A stretch of DNA of 64,000 bases. Source: Octopus sinensis. Lineage: Eukaryota. Positions 1 through 10,284 of the stretch are shown one piece after another. Below the pieces are notes generated by a model. It did not search any database. It saw only the letters and a program-made list of their open reading frames with translations, and had not been told where the DNA came from. The stretch covers positions 113,708,001 to 113,772,000 of the forward strand of contig NC_043002.1 of the NCBI RefSeq assembly GCF_006345805.1, in the 5' to 3' direction. How positions within the stretch are numbered: the stretch's first letter is position 1; each line of letters starts with the position of its first letter. The position numbers were made by a program, and so were the translations under genes.

Positions 1-189
1 AAAGTTTAAAGTTGTAATTGAGAAAATGTTAGCTGATACGGAGAGCTGGAAGCCATCTGAACTTTGGGAAAGACTGCTTCTCAATGCTCTGTGAACAATG
101 TAAAAGACATGATATAGACAGCTAAAAAACTGTAACCAGCAGGTAGGGACTCAACAAGTGTTCTGACTGCGTAAGCCCACTGGAATTCA

Positions 190-580
190 CCCAACACTTG
201 TAGGATAGGCCTTAGGCTCAATTCATACGGCTATGTGAAGCTGCTGGAAAATATAGTCAATCCCTGGCTAAATAAGGTTGCTGCTAGATGGTCATATTTG
301 TGGCAGCAGGATTCAGCTTCTTGTCATACCTCGGAAAAGTCAAAAGTGGTTTCAGAGAATTCTTGTCTTCACTTGTCCCAATTTCTGGCCTCCCAAATCC
401 CTCCGATTGTAATCCCATACATTACTATGTATAGTGCACAGTTGTGAAAGACATCAACAGCTCTGCATGCAACATCAAGGCCAAGCTAGTGACCAAGATC
501 TTCCCACATGAGGAACGCATGCACCAGATTCCAAAGCCGTCTTGATTCGGTGGTGGAAATTGATGGTGGTTAATTTGAAT
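190..580 (+). mobile_element. Tc1/mariner transposase C-terminal relic (maT/DD37D-like), frameshifted
   Basis: Reads GLRLNSYGYVKLLENIVNPWL...WQQDSASCHTS, then after a frameshift FWPPKSLR/NPIHYYV. These match the second catalytic D motif (QQDxAxxH) and a decayed WPPxSPDxNPxDY motif. Confidence 0.75.
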
Positions 581-1029
581 AATACCCTAGATATTTTTAT
601 TATCTATTTTTTTAATTGCTTATAGTTTTGGATGGGATATTGTGTTTTCTTTTCCTTTTATGCAAACTGTCAAACTTAGTCCGAACACCTTGTACATAAC
701 TTATGCTGCTGGTCGTCAGCCAGAATTAATGATGTTTAATAAAAAAAAAAAAAAGAAGAAGTGCCTATGTAACAGAAACAAGGATCAGTTCCAGGGAAAT
801 CCCCCAATGTATACTCATGAACCCCTAAAAATAATTTGCGAAAGATGAAAACTAGTGATTCTTTGTCGTTATTTTAAGTTGCCATGTCAGTCAATGTTCA
901 TTCAGTCAAAATTTTTGTTAACGTGTAATTTAGTGACCCAAAGCGAAATTAAATTGCGATAGAAACCGGAAATCATTACATTGAAATCCTATAATCTCAT
1001 TTTATATATATAACGCGAAAACGATGCAT

Positions 1030-1270
1030 AGAACATGCATAGATCCTTTACATGATCCATGAACCTATTTCAGAACGTATGTTCGTACTGTTTCGACAAT
1101 GTATACTGAGTTTCCTCCACTGCTCTTCGATAGTCTGTATATGGATGCTCTCATCATTGGATGAATAAAATTTCAAGAATGATTCACAACAATGTATGCG
1201 GCTCAACTAACAGAGGAAGCCTACCTATCGGATATCAAACACGTTGCTAGTAATATCCATTGCGTTATTA
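1030..1270 (-). mobile_element. Merlin (IS1016/ISXO2-like) DNA transposase relic
   Basis: Minus strand gives QWILLATCLISDR*AS...YIVVNHS*NFIHP and, after a frameshift, IHIQTIEEQWRKL. This follows the Merlin pattern WILPGTxIISDxWxAY...VNHSxNFVDP...HxQxIExxW. Confidence 0.65.
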
Positions 1271-1832
1271 CATGCAAAAATGCAAGCATGAAAAGTAATA
1301 TTCTTAAGAATATAAACCTGGAAAAGTACAGGACAAGTTATTACACCAGTAAAAGTATGCAACAAACTATTACTTCAAGTAAAGTAAAGACTAAGAAACT
1401 TTTTACTTAAAATATTGCAGCAAAGAATGCCAGCTCTTCTAAATTACCACTCTTTACAGTTCTCATCTTTTAAATTTATTGTACCTTACTTTTTGCGGCA
1501 TTAAACTGCATATTAACCAAAATTATTATATATCTCAGTCATCTAGGATCTGGCAAACACTGGTAAAACTATACATTGCTAAGGAAAAGTTTAATGAGAG
1601 TGACATAATGTCTGCAGTTGTCACTGAATTTAGCAAAGCTAGCAATCTCACTTCGTGTCCCTATTCAACATTTAATTATTTTGGAAATCGGAACTGTCTC
1701 TTTTGTCTTTCTTGCCCATAAAAGCGAATGTTTGTTTTTTTCATTTTCTCTACGAGTACAGTTTTAATAAAATTTGGGGAGGGGGGGCTCACTATATTAA
1801 ACTTGTTAGTCGGTGTTTAACTATATTCATAA

Positions 1833-2222
1833 CTAGCAGTTTCGCCCGGCGTTGCTCGGGTTTGTAAGGGAAATAACTATATAAGCATTTTTAGAGAGTT
1901 ATAGCCAAAAAGTAGCAAAAAAATGCATTAAAAATGGAAAAAAAATGATGGTAATTTTTTTTTAATCGTTGACTCATCGTAGACATTTTTAGAGAGTTAC
2001 TTCCCTTATATAATAGCGAAAATAATGCATTAAAATGAAAAAAAATTGATGGTAAATTTTTTTTTTAATCGTAGACGCGCGCTAATGCCCAGAAGGGCTC
2101 GATATGAATCACGACTATAAGATACCCGCTTTTGGTTAAACTGCACCGCAAAATGTGGGAGTAGTTAGGAATCTAAATCGTAGGAGACAGACAGCACACA
2201 ACCTCACTCTTATATATAAAGA
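1833..2222 (-). mobile_element. Non-autonomous Helitron, family 1
   Basis: 5' A|TC(TTTATATATAA), 3' GC hairpin CCCGAGCAACGCCGGGC followed by CTAG|T; no TSD. Confidence 0.8.
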
Positions 2223-2338
2223 TGACGTGTTACTCTACTCTATACTATAATACATTGCCTAACAATTTTAAGTTTTTCATTCCTGTTGCAGTTACCCTAC
2301 CTTGGAGTCTCGTACAGTCTATAATCTTCCCTAAGTCA

Positions 2339-2751
2339 TCTTTACATATAAAAGTGAGGTTGTGTGCTGTCTGTCTCCTACGATTTAGATTCCTAACTAC
2401 TCCCACATTTTGCGGTGCAGTTTAACCAAAACCGGGTATCACCAAAACCGGGTATCTTATAGTTGTGATTCATATCGAGCCCTTCTGGGTATTAGCGCGC
2501 GTCTACGATGAGTCTACGATTTAAAACAAAAATTACCTTCAATTTTTCCCAGTTTTAATGCATTTTTGGCATATATAAGGGAAGTAACTCTCTAAAAATT
2601 TATTATTAAATCTCAGAACGTAAAAAGCTACAGTAACCCCCCCCCCCTTGTGGTTAGCCATATTGAGATGGCTATTATACTTTACATCTCTAAAAATGCT
2701 TATATAGTTATTTCCCTTACAAACCCGAGCAACGCCGGGCGATACTGCTAG
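2339..2751 (+). mobile_element. Non-autonomous Helitron, family 1
   Basis: A|TC start at 2339, hairpin CCCGAGCAACGCCGGGC, CTAG|T end at 2751; homologous to 1833-2222 in opposite orientation. Confidence 0.8.
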
Positions 2752-3009
2752 TATTATATAATACCGTTTTCATCTTTGTTTCGCTTACTTTACGTCATGC
2801 AGTCAGGTGACCAAATGATTGATTTTTTTCCCTTTTACCTCTCAGACGTGCTGCAGCAAAATGTCATGGCTTCTGCTGTTTACAGACAAAACGTTTGTGA
2901 TCAGAAAAAGCTTCCCTTTAATTCGATCAATTCAATAAACCTCTGCTCCTAACGCCATCACCATTACATGCACACGGCTACAAATAAATTGATATTATTC
3001 GCTGACCAT

Positions 3010-3012
3010 AAT

Positions 3013-3043
<31 letters not shown>

Positions 3044-3183
3044 TACTACTACCACTACTACTACTACCCCCCACCACCATTACAACTACAACTACTACTT
3101 CTACTACCACCACCACCACCACCACTACTACTACTACTAATACCACTACTACTACTACTACCACTACTACTACTACTACTACC

Positions 3184-3278
<95 letters not shown>

Positions 3279-3297
3279 CACTACTACTACTACTACT

Positions 3298-3338
<41 letters not shown>

Positions 3339-3354
3339 TACTACCACTACTACT

Positions 3355-3391
<37 letters not shown>

Positions 3392-3565
3392 TTACCACCA
3401 CTACTATTACTTCTACTACTACCACTACTACTAGTTCTACTACCACCACCACTACTACTACTAGTACTACTACTATTACTACTACTACTACCCCCCACCA
3501 CCACTACAACTACTACTACCACTACTACTACTTATACCACCACCACCACCACCACCACTACCACC

Positions 3566-3597
<32 letters not shown>

Positions 3598-3960
3598 CAC
3601 CACCACCACCACCACCACAACCACCACTACTACTACTACTACTACTACCACCACTACTACCACCACTACTACTACTACCACCACCACCACCACTACTACC
3701 ACCACTACTACTACTACCACCACTACTACCACCACTACTACTACTACTACCACCACCACCACCACTACTACCACCACTACTACTACTACTACCACTACCA
3801 CCACCACCACCACTACTACTACTACTACCACCACTACTACTACCACTACCACCACCACCACCACCACCACTACTACCACCACTACTACTACTACTACCAC
3901 TACCACCACCACCACCACTACCACTACTACTACCCCGCCCCCACCCCCACCACAACTATT
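3010..3960. repeat. Compound (ACT)n/(ACC)n trinucleotide microsatellite
   Basis: About 950 bp of mixed ACT/ACC triplets; it accounts for the poly-T/V/H/Y/S/G ORFs in the track. Confidence 0.95.
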
Positions 3961-4297
3961 GTTGCTTTCCTTTATCGCCATAATCGACCTAACGTCATTC
4001 CTTCCATGACCATCATCATCACCATCACAGTTATCATAATTATCGAACTCGAAACACCATCACCACGGTTTTCCTCTCCATCAATTACAACAAAGCCATT
4101 CACATTTCGATCGTCTCATCAACATCGTCACCACCACCTCCTCCTCCTCCTCCAACGCAGGTTCGCAATTGTTTAGTAAGAGAGATGCACCTTATGCATG
4201 TAATAGGGAAAAACAGATGTGAGGAGGAGACTTTGGTGGAGAATGGTGCAGCTGGTATTACTAGTAGTTATGACAGTAGCATTGGTAACGGGAACCA

Positions 4298-4435
4298 TTG
4301 TGGTGGTGGTGGTGGTGGTGGTGGTGGTGGTGACGATGAAGGAAAGCAACAATAGTTGTAGTGGTGGTGGTGGTGGGGGTAGTAGTAGTAGTAGTAGTAG
4401 TGGTACTAGTGGTAGTAGTAGTCGTGGTGGTGGTG

Positions 4436-4471
<36 letters not shown>

Positions 4472-4495
4472 GTTGTGGTGGTGGTAGTAGTGGTA
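4298..4495. repeat. (GTG)n/(GTA)n microsatellite; continues at 5435-5598 beyond the CR1 insertion
   Basis: Directly visible triplet runs, complementary to the 3010-3960 tract. Confidence 0.9.
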
Positions 4496-5434
4496 GTTAG
4501 TTAGTTAGTTAATTTGGCTCAAAAGCAAATAGCAAGGCCATGTAGGGGGGACATGGAGTTAAGTACAGGGTGGTGTTCATGTAAAGAGTTCAGGCCACTT
4601 GAGGTCAAGGGAGGCTTTGAACAAAGCGGTCGTCGGCATCTTCACCATCTCGTCTGGCAGCTTATTCCACGGATCCGCAACCCGGACGGAGAAAGCTCCT
4701 CTCCTTCGATTGAGATGAAATCGTCGCAGGTAGAGCTTTTCGGAATGACCCCGCAGCCGACGCTCTGGAGCAGGAGTGAAGAACAGCTCTTTCGAGAGGT
4801 TACACTTTCCGCTTATGAGAATAAAGGTCGAGCGACCTCAGCCTTTCTTCATAGGACAAATTTTTGAGACCATGAACCATGCAGGTAGCCAGCTTCTGGA
4901 CTCTTTCGAGATGCTGTATGTCTTTGAGGAGATAAGGAGAAGAGGCTTGAATCCCGTACTCCAATATGGGTCTCACCAGCGTGACATAGAGTGGCAGGAA
5001 TATGGCTGCTGTGAGCAATCCGAATGACCATCGAATCAAGAACAGAATTCCGCGTGCTTTGTTGGCAGCATGGACGCACTGGGCCGAAGGCGAAAAGGAG
5101 GAATCCACCAAGATACCCAGGTCCTTTACCTGATTGGTCCTCTCCAGCAGCAGACGACCCGGCTCGAAATCAAGTTGAGTTGCAGGAGGAGAGCCAACAG
5201 GCAGATGACAGCAGTTTGACACGTTCAGACACAGGCCCCATTCATTAGACCACTTCCAAATTTGGTGGAGGCATCGACGAAGATCCTCTATATCACCGCG
5301 AGGAGTGACCAGTTTGATATCATCGGCAAATAGAAGGGTGTGTTGCGTGAGGTCGTCGGGCAAGTAATTTATGAAGACTAAGAACAATAAGGGCCCAAGC
5401 ACTGAACCTTGAGGCACGCCACTGCTCGCACTGG
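4496..5434 (-). mobile_element. 5'-truncated CR1-clade LINE (RT C-terminal half, 3' UTR, (AACT)n tail)
   Basis: GVPQGSVLGPLLF, LFADDIK, KDLG, RPILEY and HLERVQ motifs; C-terminus RGH...FSVRVADPWNKLP; tail AATTAACTAACTAACTAAC. A short internal deletion near 4815 is seen by comparison with the copy at 52.6 kb. Confidence 0.92.
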
Positions 5435-5506
5435 AGTAGTAGTAGTAGTAGTAGCAGTAGTGGTGGTGGTGGTAGTCGTATTAGTAGTAGTAGTGGTGGT
5501 GGTGGT

Positions 5507-5579
<73 letters not shown>

Positions 5580-5903
5580 TAGTGGTAGTAGTAGTAGTAA
5601 GCATGGCTATAATGGCTTTTCTATGTGTAATAAGTTCATCTTGATTTGCCAGAAATACTGACTGCATCCACTGCAGTGAACTGAAGGACTTCGTCAACAT
5701 TAACAAGATAACTACTGGAGCTACTAAAATGATTTATGAAATTTTACACTTTGATTGGCTCATATTTTATCTGACCTGTTGATAATTTGGTCAAGCCCTT
5801 TATAGTTCAGTAGAAAGCTTTCTAGACATGATCTTTGCATTTATGTTAGGTATTAAAACATGTGACTGGATTTCAAGTTGGAAATTTTGAGTAAGAGATT
5901 TCA

Positions 5904-6320
5904 TCATCATCATTATCATCATCATCGTTTAATGTCCGTTTTCCACGCTAGCACGGGTTGGACAGTTCGACCGGGGTCTGAGAAGCCAGGGGCTGCACCA
6001 GGCTCCAGTCCGATCTGGCAGTGTTTCTACAGCTGGATGCCCTTCCTAACGCCAACCACTCCGCGAGTGTAGTGGGTGCTTTTTACGTGCCACCTGCACA
6101 GGTGCCGGTGGGGTCTGACATCGGCCACGATCGGTTGGTGCTTTTAACGTGCCACCAGCATGGAAGCCAGCCAAGGCGGCGCTGGCATCGGCCACGTTCG
6201 GATGGTGCTTTTTATCTGCCACCGGCACAGAAGCCAGTCAAGGCGGCGCTGGCATCGGCCACGTTCGGATGGTGCTTTTTATGTGCCACCGGCACAGAAG
6301 CCAGTCAAGGCGGCGCTGGC
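5904..6320 (-). mobile_element. RTE LINE 3' UTR fragment with 67-bp tandem repeats and (GAT)n tail
   Basis: Matches the 3' end of the RTE at 29289-31060 (GGCGTTAGGAAGGGCATCCAGC...CCAACCCxTGCTAGC...GACxTTAAACGATGATGAT); repeat units start at 6150, 6217 and 6284. Confidence 0.85.
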
Positions 6321-6616
6321 TTTGTTGGTTATAAAAGCATACAGAGCATCTTGCATTAAAGTTCACTCATTGAGTCACAGAATAGAAGATGTTCATCATA
6401 ATATGCTGTAACATACATAATACATCAAAATTGGCTTGTTGGAGCTTAGAGGTTAAATACTGATAACATAACATCAGTAAAGAAGGAAAAAGTACAGAAT
6501 ATTGTGCAAGACTAAGATAGTTGATTTTTCATCCACATCCTTGTTGATTATTTCTCAGAATCTCCCGAGTTCAACAGTAAAGGCTACTACTAAACCAGCT
6601 GGGGTTTTTTTTAATA

Positions 6617-7016
6617 TCTTTATATATAAAAGTGAAGTTGTGTGCTGTCTGTCTCCTACGATTTAGATTCCTAACTACTCCCACATTTTGCGGTGCAGTT
6701 TAACCAAAACCGGGTATCTTATAGTCGTGATTCATATCGAGCCCTTCTGGGTATTAGCGCGCTTCTACGATGAGTCTACGATTTTAAAAAAATTTACCAT
6801 CGTTTTTTTCCATTTTAATGCATTTTTTCACTATTATATAAGGGAAGTAACTCTCTAAAAGTGTCTACGATGAGTCAACGATTTTTAAAAAAAATTACCA
6901 TCATTTTTTTCCATTTTTAATGCATTTTTTTGCTACTTTTTGACTATAACTCTCTAAAAATGCTTATATAGTTATTTCCCCCTACAAACCCGAGCAACGC
7001 CGGGTGATACTGCTAG
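6617..7016 (+). mobile_element. Non-autonomous Helitron, family 1
   Basis: A|TC...hairpin...CTAG|T; internal AT-rich unit duplicated. Confidence 0.8.
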
Positions 7017-7379
7017 TTTTATTTAAAACCCTTCTATCCGAAATATTGTTCCCAGCCAAGCAACAGGATAGCTAGTAAACAGTGACACATAAAATATTGG
7101 AGCTTTATAAGTGAAAATAAATAATACCAAACTATTTTCTAACACTGAGCATAACTTTCTAATATGTTTTTGAAATGTTATATTACTAAGACATCAGCTA
7201 ATGAGAAACTGTAATAGTTGGCACTGTTCATTTTGAATGGTTCCAAATATTTTCTGAGCACTGAGCATATCTTTCTTATGATATTATGTTTTTGAAATAT
7301 TATATTACCAAAATAATCAGCTAATGAGAAATTGTAACAATTAACCCTGTCATATCACTATCACTTTCTCTTGATTGGT

Positions 7380-7800
7380 GCAGCCAATCATCAAGGTGTC
7401 ATACCAGATGCTCTGACAGTCAGCAGTCACCACTTGTTCCTATCCTCCGTCACATGCAGAAGGATCGCAAAGTTGGGACCGGTTCATTCCTTGAATCTAA
7501 CAAATAAGGGTATTCACTCTCTCTCTTTCTCTCTCTCTCTCACTGTCTCTCTCTCTCTCTCTCACTCACTCTCTCGCTCTCACTCTCTCTCCCTCTCTCT
7601 CTCTCTCACTGTCCTTTCTTCTCTCTAGTCTCCTCTCCTTCCTGTCTCTCACTCTCTCTCTTGCTGTCTCTCTCTCTCTCACTCTCTCACTCACTCACTC
7701 TCTCGCTGTCTCTCTCTCTCTCTCACTCTCTCGCTATCGCTCTCTCTCTCACTCTCTCGCTATCGCTCTCTCTCTCACTCACTCTCTCACTCTGTCTCTC

Positions 7801-7835
<35 letters not shown>

Positions 7836-8140
7836 ATCTTCCTTTTACCATGTCTTGGAGAATGGCTTTGAGCTGGATGTCATGCCCGATGCATGCATGT
7901 ACCAAGAGAGCTTTTAGCATTTCACTGTAGTAAAATATTGATCCTTGCTTGTCGGCATATTTGGTAACTTGCTGCTTGCCTTTTGCTTTGTGCTTGGGAA
8001 GCACTTATTCTCAAATGCCTGAATTCTTTTATACATTAGTTAAAGCTCTTCAGCATATTTCTCCTAAATCCCACTTTCCTCAGAGCTTCAAGAAGATAAA
8101 TATATTTTTCAGCTTGCTGTGTGGCTTAGGCTAACTCTGA
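7380..8140 (-). mobile_element. Old RTE-clade LINE ORF C-terminal relic, split by a (CT)n tract (7517-7835)
   Basis: IQAFENKCF...TTVKC*KLSWY...GHDIQLKAILQDMVKGR...LHVTEDRNKW resembles the RTE C-terminus (AFEnKCxR...TVKRRKLxWFGH...KTILQG...EDRxxW). Confidence 0.6.
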
Positions 8141-8198
8141 GTGAGTAGACATATGACATCTGGGGGAGTTAGCCCCACAGATCTTTTGTTCCAGATAT

Positions 8199-8589
8199 GG
8201 AAGCACTCCGTTGGTTACGACGACGAGGGTTCCGGTTGATCCGAATCAACGGAACAGCCTGCTCGTGAAATTAACGTGTAAGTGGCTGAGCACTCCACAG
8301 ACATGTGTACCCTTAACGTAGTTCTCGGGGATATTCAGCGTGACACAGAGAGTGACAAGGCCGGCCCCTTTGAAATACAGGTACAACAGAAACAGGAAGT
8401 AAGAGTGAGAGTGAGAGAAAGTTGTGGCGAAAGAGTACAGCAGGGATCACCACCATCACCTGCCGGAGCCCCGTGGTGCTTTAGGTGTTTTCGCTCAATA
8501 AACACTCACAACGCCCGGTCTGGGAATCGAAACCGCGATCCTATGACCGCAAGTCCGCTGCCCTAGCCACTGGGCCATTGCGCCTCCAC
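8199..8589 (-). mobile_element. tRNA-derived SINE, family A
   Basis: Head GTGGAGGCGCAATGGCCCAGTGG (A box)...GGTTTCGATTCC (B box); perfect 12-bp TSD TGTTCCAGATAT at 8187-8198 and 8590-8601. Confidence 0.9.
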
Positions 8590-10284
8590 TGTTCCAGATA
8601 TATCATACCTCTTACTAGCTGAGAGCAACACTGTACATACACTTACATACAGTGATGAATCATATCAATGCAGAGTGATATTATAGATATTCTTTTATTT
8701 GTTTCAGTCATTTGATTGCAGCCATGCTGGAGCACTGCCATGAAGGGTTTTAGTCAAACAAACATGCCTCTACCTATATGGTATATTCTCTTCACTGACC
8801 TTTATGTCTGCAGATTCTGATGATGTCTGTGGCATTAGAATTCCTGGGTGAGCATGTGTGATTACATCATTTAATATCCGTTTTCCATGCTAGCATGGGT
8901 TGGAACCAGGAGCCACATCAAGTTCCATTGTCTGTTTTGGCATGGTTTTTACAACCAGATGCCCTTCCTTTACAGAATGCCAACCACTTTACAGAATGTA
9001 CTGGGTGCTTTTTATGTGACACCAGTGCTTTTATAAATAGTACCATCACCAGGGTTTTTTTTATGTGGAACTAGCACCAGTGCTTTTTACATGGCACCAG
9101 CACTGACAGAGTCACCAAATATCCAGCAAGACAAAAACCCTCAACTGGGAGGAGAGGGGAAAATTGAGTGGGGTGTGGTTTTGTACCAGTTGAGAAATTT
9201 AAGGTATAGAGGAGACAGATAGAGGTGTCTTGCTGTAGAGTAGAACATGGATACCCCAGTTGGAAAATAAAAGTGAGTTGGAGAGTAGGGTAAAGAGAGT
9301 GATAGTGAGGGTGATGATGGAGATGTACCAGGATATTCCTTGGGAGACATTGGGTGGGGGGATGAGAATAGATGAGGTGATACAGAATATGAATTCAGTG
9401 AGTGGGCAGGACAGAGGTGACTGTAGCAAATGATGAAGTGAAATATAGGAGAGGCTTGGGGGGGGGGGGTTACAATAAGATTTGTGAGGGCATTGAGGGT
9501 GATAGCAGTTAAGAGGAGTTAATGATGGAGAAGAGCACAAGGGGGGAAGAAAAGGTGCAGAAACAAGGTGATTGGTGGGGAGTAAAAGTAACTGAGAAAT
9601 CCAGGGGACGTAGTATGTGCTTATTCTGCTCTCAGATGACAGAGTAAGTGATGGGTGTCAGGTGATGAAATGTTGGTGGGAGAGACAGTTGATAGAGCAG
9701 AGCCCCTCATCAACTTGCATTACCAAGGTGGATCTGAGATATCAATTCAGCTGTGGTGGGTGGATTTTCTTGAGTACAGCAAGGTACCAGATATCTCGGT
9801 CCTTCATCATCATGTTACAAATCTTATAAGTTTCTGTGCCACCCAGGATATAACTCTATGTAACAGAGATTATGCTTACATTGTGCTGCACTATGTTCAT
9901 GTAACCTAGCTTATAATAGTTAAAGCTATAACCACATTAGTTGAAATGACTGACCCATAATTAGATTGATTTACACAGCAAAACTCTTGTACAGAAAAGT
10001 AATTCTGATAAAAGAGATCTTAAACTGTGTCAGTCACCCAGTAGCCATCGGAAGGACAGTTGTTAGGTATCTTTGCCTTTTATCCTTTTTTTTATCTGTT
10101 TCAGTCATTAGACTGTGACCATGCTGGGGCACCACATTGAATTTTTAGTCGAATGAATCATCCCCGGTATTTATTTTTTAAGACTGGTACTTATTCTATC
10201 AGCCACTTTTGCTGAATCGCTAACTTACATGGACATAAACACACCAACACTGGTTGTCAAGCGGTGATAGTGTGAGGGACAAAC

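Noticed and set aside
1080-1165. Minus-strand ATGATGA...CTGA pair suggesting a C/D-box snoRNA
   Set aside because: There is no terminal stem or recognisable guide, and the sequence is better explained as Merlin coding sequence.
2964-4176. Long ORFs (402 aa poly-Thr/His/Tyr; poly-Val, poly-Ser/Gly) that could be read as mucin-like or structural proteins
   Set aside because: They arise from ACT/ACC triplet repeats, which lack stops in several frames on both strands. There is no splice context or unique flanking domain.
5655-5785. Open stretch NTDCIHCSELKDFVNINKITTGATKMIYE, faintly like a PKDCC/POMK kinase N-lobe
   Set aside because: There is no suitable donor and no downstream kinase motifs, and the frame ends in a stop.
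6150-6320. Regularly spaced palindromic repeats resembling a CRISPR array
   Set aside because: The whole unit repeats (no unique spacers), the context is eukaryotic, and it lies inside an RTE 3' UTR.
7848-7924. Apparent minus-strand exon EMLKALLVHACIGHDIQLKAILQDM with plausible AG/GT
   Set aside because: Neighbouring frames show it is part of a decayed RTE ORF C-terminus.
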